The notes under the pieces are model-generated. The model was not told the DNA's origin, did not search any database, and was given only the letters and a program-made list of their open reading frames with translations. DNA of 64,000 bases from NCBI RefSeq assembly GCF_046119375.1, contig NW_027362762.1:932232001-932296000 (forward strand), written 5' to 3'. A program made the position numbers and the translations under genes. Shown piece by piece: positions 63,199 to 64,000 of this stretch. This stretch comes from Phyllobates terribilis. Taxonomy: Eukaryota. Positions within the stretch are counted from its first letter, which is position 1; every line of letters starts with the position of its first letter.

Positions 63199-64000
63199 CA
63201 GGGCTCGACAAACCCAGGCGCCTGGTCGCCAGTGGCGCCTAGAAAATGTTGTCTGGCGCCTAGCCCACACACCCACCCGCCCACTCACTGTCGGGGCCCG
63301 GGCCCACACACCCGCCCGCCCACTCACTGTCGGGGTTGGGCCCACACACCCACCCGCCCACTCACTGTCAGGGCCCTGGCCGCTTCCTCGGCACCTGTTC
63401 AGGGACGCAGGCGCTGCTTGATTGCCGGCACTTCCCCCAGACATGGCCGCGCGCTGTCCGGCTGTGTCTGCTAGTAATGATACGGCAGGGTCGACGGCAC
63501 TGCACCTTTAATTGTGCTTGTGTGTCGCTCCTGCCGCGTCATTACTAGCAGACACAGTCGCACAGCGCGCGGCCATGTCTGGGGGAAGTGCCGGCAATCA
63601 AACATCGTCGGAGCGGAGGTCCTGCACAGATGGGCGGGAGGGGCCCGGACCCGACCGCAAGTGGGCCCCTCTGATGTTCCAGGGCCATGAAGTCTGTGAC
63701 ACGCCGGGGGCCCTGCACTGCCCCATACCCGAGGAGCTGCTGGACAGGACACTGGACCGGGGACAGGTGAGTGAGGCTTCCCCAATCCCCATATTAAAAA
63801 TATTAGTAATGGGTCTGTGTGAGTGCATGTATGTGAATGTCAGTGTATATGACTGTCTATATATATTTGTCTGTTTTATCTATGTGTATGTCTGTATGTG
63901 TACATATGTCTGCGTACCGTGTGTGCGCGCATATGTCTGCGTACAGTGTGTGCGTGCATATGTCTGCGTACCGTGAGTGCGCACACATATGTCTGCGTAC
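63199..64000. mobile_element. Start of a further hAT-like element (runs off the window), with an internal hairpin at 63420-63600 and short tandem repeats
   Basis: CAGGGCTCGACAA start; inverted arms gattgccggcacttcccccagacatggccgcgcgctg and complement. Confidence 0.55.

Overview
Vertebrate genomic DNA, very probably an anuran amphibian (inferred from gene orthology and the Tc1/T2-MITE/Harbinger/hAT/Penelope repeat set). There are two clear protein-coding genes arranged head to head. USP16 is on the minus strand: 13 coding exons traced with GT-AG ends and consistent phases, about 700 codons, with the C-terminal exons lying left of the window. RWDD2B is on the plus strand and complete (4 coding exons, 294 aa). 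A CpG-rich promoter of an unidentified gene lies at about 54.3-54.65 kb. The rest is mostly nested transposable elements: six or seven Tc1-like elements (one with an intact DD34E transposase), an apparently intact full-length CR1 LINE whose 5'UTR is four 127-bp monomers each carrying an octamer motif, a disrupted L2 LINE, a Penelope-like element with about 1.6-kb inverted arms, hAT, Harbinger and TTAA MITEs, a Helitron and a SINE. There are two N-gaps. Top observations: (1) an intact minimal type I hammerhead ribozyme in one Penelope arm, with a point-mutated twin in the other arm and a promoter-like module just upstream; (2) the octamer- and splice-donor-bearing CR1 monomer array; (3) a perfect 33-nt in-frame duplication in a USP16 catalytic-domain exon; (4) a near-perfect 53-bp minisatellite of about 41 copies next to the USP16/RWDD2B promoter. 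All calls come from manual reading; no database search or folding computation was run.
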